Below, in pieces: positions 44,414-52,349 of a stretch of DNA of 64,000 bases; position 1 is the stretch's first letter, and every line of letters begins with the position of its first letter. The position numbers and the translations under genes were made by a program. Source of the DNA: Candidatus Omnitrophota bacterium (lineage in GTDB: Bacteria; Omnitrophota; Gorgyraeia; Duberdicusellales; 4484-171); NCBI GenBank assembly GCA_043820815.1, contig JBDRDJ010000011.1:4808-68807 (forward strand). The letters are read 5' to 3'. The notes beneath the pieces were generated by a model, which was not told the DNA's origin, searched no databases, and saw only the letters and a list, made by a program, of their open reading frames with translations.

Positions 44414-45592
44414 ATGTTCAGAAGATATCTGGAAAAACATATATTAGAGGATTTAGAGGATAAAATGGTTTTTATCAGCGGCCCCCGGCAGGTGGGTAAA
44501 ACCACACTGTCCTTACAGATTGCCGATAATTATTTCTCCCAGAAATATAGCTATTTAAACTGGGACAACAGGCAAGACAGAAAATTGATACTAAACGGAA
44601 CACTGCCGGCCCAGAAGCAATTGTTGATTTTTGACGAAATTCATAAATACCGAAAATGGAAAAATTATCTAAAGGGTGAACACGACAAGCATAAGGATAG
44701 ATTTAAGATACTGGTAACCGGCAGTGCCCGGTTAGATATATACAGAAAAGGCGGGGATTCTCTTTTAGGCAGATACCGCTCCTATGGCCTGCACCCGTTA
44801 ACATTAGCGGAACTTTTAGGCGCGCAAGCTTCTCAAACTCCTTTTAATGAAATTTCTTTTTCAGGCAGGCATAAAGAATGTAAACGGTTATTTGATATCC
44901 TGTTTAAATTCGGCGGTTTTCCGGAATTAGTGGTTAAACAAAATGAAAGGGCTCTTAGGCGCTGGCATAATGAAAGAGCAGACAGGTTAATCAAGGAAGA
45001 TATCAGAGATATTGAAAATCTAAGGGACTTATCCTCTTTACAAGTTTTAGTTGAGATTTTACCGGATAAGGTTGCTTCGCTGTTCTCGTTAAATTCGCTG
45101 CGGGAAGATTTAAACGTTACTCATAAGACCATATCTTCCTGGGTTGACATACTTGAGCGGTTTTACTATCATTTTAGAATTTATCCTTTCCAGAACAGAT
45201 TTATAAAGAGCCTGAGGAAAGAACCAAAGATTTATTTATGGGATTGGTCAGAGGTCAAAGATGAAAATATAAGATTAGAAAATATGATAGCTTCACACCT
45301 GCTTAAATTCTGCCACTTTCTTTTTGATGTCCAGGGGTATAAAGCGCAGTTGCATTATTTGAGGGATAGAGAGCAAAGAGAGGTTGATTTTCTTGTAAGC
45401 GTAGATAAGAAGCCCTGGTTTTGCGTTGAAGTAAAAAGCGTATTTAAAAAAGTACCCGCCTCTTTAAGATATTTTGGCAGCAGGTTAAAAGTTCCCTTTG
45501 TATTTGAAGTGATAAAAGAGGAAAACATTGATTTTATTAAGGAGAATACCCGCATTATTAGCGCAAGCAAATTTCTTAGCGGGCTTGTTTAG
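44414..45592 (+). CDS. AAA_14-type ATPase with DUF4143 / PD-(D/E)XK-like domain (copy 4)
   Basis: GPRQVGKTT, LIFDEIHK, C-terminal REVDFLVSVDKKPWFCVEVKS. An extended -10 TGgTATAAT lies upstream. Confidence 0.8.
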   Translation: MFRRYLEKHILEDLEDKMVFISGPRQVGKTTLSLQIADNYFSQKYSYLNWDNRQDRKLILNGTLPAQKQLLIFDEIHKYRKWKNYLKGEHDKHKDRFKILVTGSARLDIYRKGGDSLLGRYRSYGLHPLTLAELLGAQASQTPFNEISFSGRHKECKRLFDILFKFGGFPELVVKQNERALRRWHNERADRLIKEDIRDIENLRDLSSLQVLVEILPDKVASLFSLNSLREDLNVTHKTISSWVDILERFYYHFRIYPFQNRFIKSLRKEPKIYLWDWSEVKDENIRLENMIASHLLKFCHFLFDVQGYKAQLHYLRDREQREVDFLVSVDKKPWFCVEVKSVFKKVPASLRYFGSRLKVPFVFEVIKEENIDFIKENTRIISASKFLSGLV

Positions 45593-45639
45593 GTAATTTA
45601 GCAATAATTATTAAATAGTGATACATTGTGAGATAAAAT

Positions 45640-47418
45640 ATGGCTGAAATTTGGCTTTGGAATTCGATACCAACGCGTAAAAGAGCGCCTTCCGACGGGT
45701 TCTTGGAGAACGGGCTCTCGATTCTTAAAGGCTATGTTGAGGAGCGCGGGCATAAGGCGCGCGTTATCGACTGGCAAAAAAGCTCTTTTTACGGCAGTTT
45801 ATGTTTTAGATGGCTTCTTGCGATAAACCGGCTTTCGACAATTTTAATATTCCGGCTTGCCAGGAAGGGGAGAAGCTTTGCAAAAGCATATTTTCCCGTC
45901 TTTAATCTCATCCAGGAGGCGGTATCTTATGTTAATAAGAAAAGTATGAGCAAGCATTTAGAAAAGCTGGCAGACGAAGCAGTAAATGCGGGAGTTAAAA
46001 TCTTCGGGATTAAGGTGTGGTATGGAGAAGCTTTTGAGTGGGCTGATTGGTTGACAAAGCGCCTTAAAGAAAAAGACCCTTCAATATTAGTTATAGCCGG
46101 CGGTTTTCACACAACCCTTTATGAAGATGACCTTTTAAGAGAATCTTCGTTTGATTTAGGGGTGGTTTCCGAGGGGGAGCGCGCGCTTGAAATAATTCTC
46201 GATATAGCTGATAAGCATATTAATAATTGGGATAAGGATAGAGCGCTTGAGGATGTAAGAAAAGAGATAAATGAAAACAGGCTCAAGAATGTGGTATATA
46301 GGGACGGCAAAGATATTAAGCTTACTGACAGGTACAGCCAGGAACTTCATAATAAAACCTTTCCCAAATATAATAAGGAAGATATCGAAGGAAAATTAAG
46401 AGTTCACATATTGATTGATTCGGTGGGATGCCCCTGGGGCAGGTGCAATTTTTGCACACACTGGCATATACACCCTAATTTTACTCCCAGGCCAATTGAT
46501 GATATTGTTTCCGAAATAGAGTATATGCTAAAGAAAGGCGTAGGCGTATTTAGGTTTGCCGGTTCGGAAACTCCTCCTGGTTTTGGCGCGCGCATTGCAA
46601 AGGCTATTTTAAATAAAGATTTAAAAATAAAATATGCCATAGGATGCCGCGCTATAAAGGGGATAACATCTGATGAAGAAAGATATGAAATGGTTGTTTC
46701 GGAATTTGAAGTGATGTTACAATCGGGCTTGTGCGGTATATTTATGGGCGGTGAGAGCGGAAACGATATAATAAACGATAAAATGATGAATAAAGGGATA
46801 AATTGCGCTGAAATAATAGAAACCGCCCGGGCATACAGGGAGGCGCAGGAAAAAACAGGCATATCAGCTTTTTTTGGGTTAGCTTTAATATACCCGCACC
46901 CCTTAGTTGATGGTATTACTTTTGAGCAGGCGTTTAACGATGATCTTAATCTTATTAAAGCTCTTAATCCGGATTCTGTTATTGTAACGCCTTCATCTCC
47001 TTTTAAAAACAGTGTTTGGTATAGAGAAAAAGAGAAGTTTCATTTTGATATTCCCGATGATTACATAAAGAGGATGATTAGATACGAATATGTGCTTTAT
47101 AAGCCGCCTTCTCTGTGGCCTTCGCTGGGGGATGTATCTGCTCAAGGAGTAGGTTTTAAACAGGCGCTTTTGATGTGTGAAGGCTTAAGAAAGGCAATTG
47201 AGAAAATTGGCATCCAAACTGACTTAACTGATGATTGTTTTCTTCTTATGCAGGCGGCAGGCTATTTGGGAAAAGAAGGCATGGCTCGGTTTAAGAGAGA
47301 GACTTCAGTTGACCTTGTTTCAGCTGATTACCGAAATATTGACCAAATCGCCGAACAGCTTAACGAATACAGCAAAACCCTCGCCGAATCCAATTACTCA
47401 TTAAATGATGGTTTTTGA
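45640..47418 (+). CDS. B12-binding domain radical SAM enzyme, copy 2 (non-canonical Cx4Cx2C)
   Basis: N-terminal B12-binding-like domain (GLSILKGYVEERGHKARVID...VIAGGFHTT). The cluster motif reads CPWGRCNFC at 46429-46455. Confidence 0.75.
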   Translation: MAEIWLWNSIPTRKRAPSDGFLENGLSILKGYVEERGHKARVIDWQKSSFYGSLCFRWLLAINRLSTILIFRLARKGRSFAKAYFPVFNLIQEAVSYVNKKSMSKHLEKLADEAVNAGVKIFGIKVWYGEAFEWADWLTKRLKEKDPSILVIAGGFHTTLYEDDLLRESSFDLGVVSEGERALEIILDIADKHINNWDKDRALEDVRKEINENRLKNVVYRDGKDIKLTDRYSQELHNKTFPKYNKEDIEGKLRVHILIDSVGCPWGRCNFCTHWHIHPNFTPRPIDDIVSEIEYMLKKGVGVFRFAGSETPPGFGARIAKAILNKDLKIKYAIGCRAIKGITSDEERYEMVVSEFEVMLQSGLCGIFMGGESGNDIINDKMMNKGINCAEIIETARAYREAQEKTGISAFFGLALIYPHPLVDGITFEQAFNDDLNLIKALNPDSVIVTPSSPFKNSVWYREKEKFHFDIPDDYIKRMIRYEYVLYKPPSLWPSLGDVSAQGVGFKQALLMCEGLRKAIEKIGIQTDLTDDCFLLMQAAGYLGKEGMARFKRETSVDLVSADYRNIDQIAEQLNEYSKTLAESNYSLNDGF

Positions 47419-47439
47419 ATATTACAATAAAAGGTTTTG

Positions 47440-47880
47440 AAACCACGAATAACACTAATAATCACGAATGGATATAGAAATAATATTTAAAGAAGAGAGT
47501 TATAAGATAATTGGGGCATGTATTCAGGTCTACAACGAAAAAGGTAATGGATTTCTTGAGGCAGTATATCAAGAGTGTTTAGCCATTGAATTTAAAGAAC
47601 AAGCGATTCCTTTTGTTGAGAAGCCGAAGATTGATATTACTTATAAACGTAAGACATTGCGACAAACCTATGAACCAGACTTTTTATGTTTTAATGAAAT
47701 AATTATTGAACTTAAAGCAACGAAATCGCTCGCTGATGAGCATAGAGCACAGATTCTTAACTATCTCAAAGCCACAGGTAAACGCTTAGGAATTTTAATA
47801 AACTTCGGTAGTTACCCAAAACTTACCTATGAACGCCTTGTAAAATAACTATTCGTGACAATTTGTGTAATTCGTGGTTT
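47440..47880 (+). mobile_element. GxxExxY gene bracketed by 30-bp imperfect terminal inverted repeats (candidate miniature element)
   Basis: Left AAACCACGAATAACACTAATAATCACGAAT (47440-47469) matches the reverse complement of 47851-47880 at 26/30 positions. The left arm overlaps the start codon. The right arm starts 3 nt after the stop. Confidence 0.4.
47468..47848 (+). CDS. GxxExxY protein (PD-(D/E)XK nuclease superfamily)
   Basis: GNGFLEAVYQECL contains the eponymous GxxExxY motif. The downstream YEPDFLCFNEIIIELKA gives D...ExK. 126 aa. Confidence 0.85.
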   Translation: MDIEIIFKEESYKIIGACIQVYNEKGNGFLEAVYQECLAIEFKEQAIPFVEKPKIDITYKRKTLRQTYEPDFLCFNEIIIELKATKSLADEHRAQILNYLKATGKRLGILINFGSYPKLTYERLVK

Positions 47881-47971
47881 AAAAATAAATAGAAAATAGA
47901 CAAAAATACAAATAAATTACAGAGATTAAATAATTATTATCTCAGTATTAGGCCTGCGGGTTTTTGTTTTT

Positions 47972-48643
47972 CTATAGACAGGTTTGGCTTTGAATCCGGC
48001 GAGTCTTTAGTTCTTCAATTTTTGACATTATGAAATCGGTTTTCTCTTGGAGGATTTCTTCGCTTATTCTTTCTTGTTCAATTTTCTCAAATGTAAACGG
48101 TTTTCCAATGCGGACAATTATGGGGTGGCGGGGGTTGTATTTAAAATCCCTTGGCGGTAAAACAATATCCGCGCCTGTAATTCCAACCGGTATTATAGGC
48201 ACACCTGTTGTCAGTCCGATTATGGCAGCGCCTTTTCCCGGCTTTCTCTTTTTTATCTCCCGCGGCGGGCACCAAACTTTACCGCCCTCCGGGTAAATTA
48301 CTATCCATCGATTGGCAGAGAGATCTTTATTTGCCTTTTCAATTGTACCGTTAACCGCTATAGGCTTAAATACTAACCAAAGCGGCTTTAAACACCACAG
48401 CCGGTAGTTATTTCTTGAAACCACCCAGCTTAAGTTTATTAAATTCTGAAAAACCGCAACTGCAACAACAATAATATCAAGATAGCTTGAATGGTTGGCG
48501 ACAATTATGGCGCCGCGTTCTGTGTGTTTTGGCAGATTCTCAAGGCCATTAACAAAGATTTTTAAATTAATCCTGACAAAGACCCTCATTAAGTAGTATA
48601 TTACCCTGAGGATTACTGATCTTATGAATCTTAATATAAACAT
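47972..48643 (-). CDS. Lysophospholipid (1-acyl-sn-glycerol-3-phosphate) acyltransferase family protein
   Basis: HxxxxD motif NHSSYLD, YPEGG motif, and an N-terminal hydrophobic segment. Confidence 0.8.
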   Translation of the reverse strand: MFILRFIRSVILRVIYYLMRVFVRINLKIFVNGLENLPKHTERGAIIVANHSSYLDIIVVAVAVFQNLINLSWVVSRNNYRLWCLKPLWLVFKPIAVNGTIEKANKDLSANRWIVIYPEGGKVWCPPREIKKRKPGKGAAIIGLTTGVPIIPVGITGADIVLPPRDFKYNPRHPIIVRIGKPFTFEKIEQERISEEILQEKTDFIMSKIEELKTRRIQSQTCL

Positions 48644-48753
48644 TTTCTTTTACGGTTACAGTAGGGGGCGGCAGATCTTGCCGCCCTTACAATATTTTGT
48701 TATTTTTTTAGGTCCGGTATAAGTTTATCATTTCTTTAAGGAAAGTTCAACAT

Positions 48754-48815
48754 AAAAGGGGTCACACCTATTTTTCCGGATTTCTTCCCCAATAAAAATA
48801 GGTGTGACCCCTTTT
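48754..48815. repeat. Perfect 22-bp inverted repeat with an 18-nt loop in a divergent promoter region
   Basis: AAAAGGGGTCACACCTATTTTT (48754-48775) and AAAAATAGGTGTGACCCCTTTT (48794-48815) are exact reverse complements. Confidence 0.8.
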
Positions 48816-48914
48816 ACTTTGAAAGTTTCTCTTTTTTTCCATTGATAATTGTGCTATAATTAGCCCCAATCTAAAAAGGAGATATTAAGCAGGGCACGGC
48901 CTGCTGTAAATTTA

Positions 48915-50165
48915 ATGAATTCCCCAAGAAAAGTTGTTGTTACAGGAATAGGTGTTCTATCTTCCAACGGTATAGGTAAGAGCGATTTTTGGAATTCTAA
49001 TTTGGCCGGTACCTCAGGTATCAGCGAAATTACTTCCTTTGATGCCACTTTACTGCGTTCAAAGATTGCCGGCCAGATAAAGGATTTCAATCCCCTTGAT
49101 TACCTGCCTCCTAAAACAGTTATAAAAACAGACAGGTTTGTGCATTTAGGCCTTGTTTCCTGCGGTTTAGCGCTCAATGATTCAAAGCTTAATCTTGAAA
49201 ATGAAGACCGCTATAAAATAGGGGTAATTATAGGTTCCGGGCTTGGCGGGGTAATTTTTCATGAAGAGCAGATAATGACCGGTTATGAAAAGGGCTTGCA
49301 TAGGCTTAATCCATTCTCTGTTCCCAGAATTTCGCCAAACGCAGTTTCATCCCAAATAGCCATTCACTATGATATCCGCGGCCCAAATATCGTAATTTCA
49401 ACTGCCTGTTCATCTAGCACAATCGCCATAGGCGAGGCCATGCGAAAAATTCAATATGGAGATATTGATATTTGTGTTGCCGGCGGTGCCGAAAGCCCTT
49501 TAACCCCATTTACTTTTGGTGCTTATGATGCTTTAAAGGCTTTATCAAGAAGAAATGACTCCCCGCCTGAAGCGAGCCGTCCTTTTGATAAGGAACGGGA
49601 CGGGTTTGTGCTGGGAGAAGGTGCGGCAATGCTTATTTTAGAAGAGGCAGGGCATGCAAGAAAAAGAGGGGCAAAAATATATGTCGAACTTATTGGTTAT
49701 GCTTCCAATTCAGGGGCATACCATATGACAATGTTAAGGCCTTGTGCAACAGATATAATACAGGTTATAATCGATTCATTGAAAGATGCCGGCGTAGGCC
49801 CCGGTGAAATCGATTATATAAACGCTCACGGAACCTCAACTCTTCAGAACGATAAAGTTGAGACAAAAGCTATAAAAGAGGTATTTTCTGACAGGGCTTA
49901 TAAAATCCCAATATCTTCAACAAAGTCAATGGTCGGCCATACTGTGGGAGCGGCAGGGGCGATTGAGGTGTGCGTGTGCTGCCTTTGCCTTGAGCATCAG
50001 CTTATACCGCCTACGATAAATTACAAAAACCCTGACCCGGAATGCGACCTTGATTATGTTCCAAATGAGGCCCGCCAGGCGAAGCTGCGCACTGTTATGT
50101 CAAATTCGTTTGGATTCGGGTCAAATAACGCTATCATCATTTTCAGTAAATACAACGGAGGATAG
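48915..50165 (+). CDS. fabF: Beta-ketoacyl-ACP synthase II
   Basis: VVVTGIGVLS, active-site ACSSS, HGTST and GHTVGAAG motifs. 416 aa. Confidence 0.9.
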   Translation: MNSPRKVVVTGIGVLSSNGIGKSDFWNSNLAGTSGISEITSFDATLLRSKIAGQIKDFNPLDYLPPKTVIKTDRFVHLGLVSCGLALNDSKLNLENEDRYKIGVIIGSGLGGVIFHEEQIMTGYEKGLHRLNPFSVPRISPNAVSSQIAIHYDIRGPNIVISTACSSSTIAIGEAMRKIQYGDIDICVAGGAESPLTPFTFGAYDALKALSRRNDSPPEASRPFDKERDGFVLGEGAAMLILEEAGHARKRGAKIYVELIGYASNSGAYHMTMLRPCATDIIQVIIDSLKDAGVGPGEIDYINAHGTSTLQNDKVETKAIKEVFSDRAYKIPISSTKSMVGHTVGAAGAIEVCVCCLCLEHQLIPPTINYKNPDPECDLDYVPNEARQAKLRTVMSNSFGFGSNNAIIIFSKYNGG

Positions 50166-50168
50166 GTA

Positions 50169-50570
50169 ATGAATAAGAAGACGGCAATGATTGTTGAAGA
50201 TGATAAGGAAACAAGGGATATGCTCTCGGCATTCTTATGCAAAAAGAATTTTTCTGTAATAGAAGCAGAGAATGGGAAAGAAGCGCTTGCGAAAATCAAG
50301 GCTCAACTTCCGGATTTAATCATTTCAGACATAATTATGCCGGAAATGGACGGATTTAAACTGCTTAAGTTTATAAAATCAGGAAGGCAGACAAAGAATA
50401 TCCCAACAATTATGCTTACTTCCAAAAAAGAAGCAGAGAGCTTAGATAAGGGTATTTCTTTAGGGGCTGATTTCTATCTGCCTAAGCCGTTTTCCTTTGA
50501 TAATTTAAGCCAGTTTATTGAGCTTATTTTCGGCCAGGAAACCCTTGACTCAGGAAAGAGTGTGTGTTAA
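50169..50570 (+). CDS. Stand-alone response regulator receiver (CheY-like)
   Basis: AMIVEDD, DLIISDIIMPEMDG, LTS, KP motifs. 133 aa. Confidence 0.85.
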   Translation: MNKKTAMIVEDDKETRDMLSAFLCKKNFSVIEAENGKEALAKIKAQLPDLIISDIIMPEMDGFKLLKFIKSGRQTKNIPTIMLTSKKEAESLDKGISLGADFYLPKPFSFDNLSQFIELIFGQETLDSGKSVC

Positions 50571-50628
50571 TATTTTGCATTGTTAATTTTTTAATGATTA
50601 CACAGATGATAAAACAAGTGAGGTAAAT

Positions 50629-50949
50629 ATGTGGGCAGTAGTTGAGATTGGAAAGAAACAATATTTGGTTGAAAAAGGCATGAGCATTCAGGTTGAAAAG
50701 CTTAAAGTCGAGGAAGGACAGAAAGAAGTTGTTTTTGACAGGGTTTTGCTTTTAACCGACGGTAAGAAAAATATAAAAATAGGAACGCCTTATGTTGAAG
50801 AAGCAAAAGTCACGGCTAAATTCGAAGGTGAAAAAAAAGGCAAGAAAGTGATAGTTTATAAATACAAGAGAAGAAAAAAATACCGCAAAAAACAAGGACA
50901 TCGTCAAAATTACACCCTCCTTAAGATTTCCAAGATCACAGCTTCTTAA
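50629..50949 (+). CDS. rplU: 50S ribosomal protein L21
   Basis: MWAVVEIGKKQYLVEKG... has an L21 N-terminus and a basic C-terminus. 106 aa. Confidence 0.9.
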   Translation: MWAVVEIGKKQYLVEKGMSIQVEKLKVEEGQKEVVFDRVLLLTDGKKNIKIGTPYVEEAKVTAKFEGEKKGKKVIVYKYKRRKKYRKKQGHRQNYTLLKISKITAS

Positions 50950-50963
50950 ATTTCTTGTTTAAG

Positions 50964-52013
50964 ATGAAAAAAGTTGTTGTAAAAGCAGGAAGCAGCGTAA
51001 TCGCCCCCAACGGTAAGCTTGACAGCCTGCTCATAGGCAGGATAGTTAAGAGCATTGTCAAAGCCCACGATTTAGGCTATAAAATAGCATTGGTTAGTTC
51101 CGGCGCAATCGCCTGCGGATTGAACAAAATCAATCTTAAGAAACGCCCCCAGGATACCCATTCTCTAATGGCACTTTCTTCTTTAGGCCAGATTGCCCTT
51201 ATGGATATGTATGAAGCAAAATTTAAAAGGCACAGCAGGCATTGCGCCCAGGTGCTTCTTACATGGGATGATTTTGACAGCCGCCGCAGGTTTATGAACG
51301 CAAAACATACAATCAATAAGCTGTTCGCAATGGGCATAACCCCGATTATCAATGAAAACGATGCTGTCAGTTTTGACGAGATCCGCTTCGGCGATAACGA
51401 TAAGCTTTCTGCCCTTGTGGGAGATTTAATCGGAGCCGAGCGGCTCATTATGCTTTCCAATGTTAGCGGCCTTATGGACGGCGGTAATTTAGTGCGTTTT
51501 GTAGAGTGCGTAGACGCAAAAATGTTTTCTCTCGTCAGAAAGAAAAAAAGCATGTTTACGGCAGGGGGAATGGAAGCTAAACTTCAAGCCGCAAAAACTG
51601 CGGCGCTTTCGGGGATAAGGACCGTTATAGCAAACGGCAGAGAAAAATCGGTAATTGAGCGCCTGCTCAAGGGTGAGAAAATCGGAACCGAGTTTAAGCC
51701 TTTAAAAGATATCACCAAGGCTCGCAAACGGTGGATTGCTTTCAGCAAAAAAGTAAAAGGTGCCATATATATAGATAACGGAGCCAAAGAGGCGATAGCC
51801 AATAAAGGAAAAAGCCTTTTATCTGTGGGGATTGAGAAAACAGAAGGCGATTTTAAAAAAGGCGATTCAGTAGAGATTCTCGATTATCAGGGTGCCTCAA
51901 TAGGCTGCGGTATTGTAAATTATTCCTGTCAGGAGCTTAAAGATTGCAGGCATAAAAAGCTGGATCGAGAAGTAATCCATAGGGATGATCTGGTACTGGG
52001 GGATAAGAAATAG
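50964..52013 (+). CDS. proB: Glutamate 5-kinase (with PUA domain)
   Basis: VVKAGSSV, SSGA, NENDAV...FGDND, and a C-terminal PUA-like region (IYIDNGAKEAI...KGDSVEI). Confidence 0.9.
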   Translation: MKKVVVKAGSSVIAPNGKLDSLLIGRIVKSIVKAHDLGYKIALVSSGAIACGLNKINLKKRPQDTHSLMALSSLGQIALMDMYEAKFKRHSRHCAQVLLTWDDFDSRRRFMNAKHTINKLFAMGITPIINENDAVSFDEIRFGDNDKLSALVGDLIGAERLIMLSNVSGLMDGGNLVRFVECVDAKMFSLVRKKKSMFTAGGMEAKLQAAKTAALSGIRTVIANGREKSVIERLLKGEKIGTEFKPLKDITKARKRWIAFSKKVKGAIYIDNGAKEAIANKGKSLLSVGIEKTEGDFKKGDSVEILDYQGASIGCGIVNYSCQELKDCRHKKLDREVIHRDDLVLGDKK

Positions 52014-52101
52014 GAGAATATCAAAAATTTTGTAAAAGGTACTGCCAAAATAAAGTGAAAAAAATATGAAATAATTTCGACGTAAAATTGCAGGGTTTTC
52101 T

Positions 52102-52260
52102 AACAACGAATTTCACGAATTACCACGAATAATCTTAATATTCTTATTCACACAGAGACACAAAGGCCGCTAAGGTTTTCTAAATAATATATTTTCTCTA
52201 TTATTCTTTGTGGTTTAGTGCGAGATTCTTATTCGTGAATATTTGTGCAATTAGTAGTTT
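52102..52260. repeat. ORF-less copy of the CACGAAT-repeat element (compare 47440-47880)
   Basis: The left side has three xCACGAAT units (52102-52130). The right arm ATTCGTGAATATTTGTGCAATTAGTAGTTT (52231-52260) matches 47851-47880 at 25/30 positions, and both are followed by AAAAA. Confidence 0.55.
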
Positions 52261-52349
52261 AAAAAAGGCATTGATGTTTTATTTATCCTGACAATTATGT
52301 AAATCCTGTCAAAAAATCGTGATTAAGAAGATTAAAAAGAGATAGTTTT

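Noticed and set aside
44257-44463. 68-aa ORF (MAEIWLWNSIPTRKRAPSDGFLENDQNF…) as a genuine small gene
   Set aside because: Only its first 23-24 codons are homologous to the rSAM N-terminus. The rest runs through the promoter and start of the next ATPase gene in another frame. I treat it as a gene fragment. The synonymous-only divergence is noted in findings.
46404-46862. 152-aa minus-strand ORF inside radical SAM gene 2
   Set aside because: The plus-strand frame carries the rSAM cluster motif and continuous family-like sequence, and the antisense product has no recognisable features.
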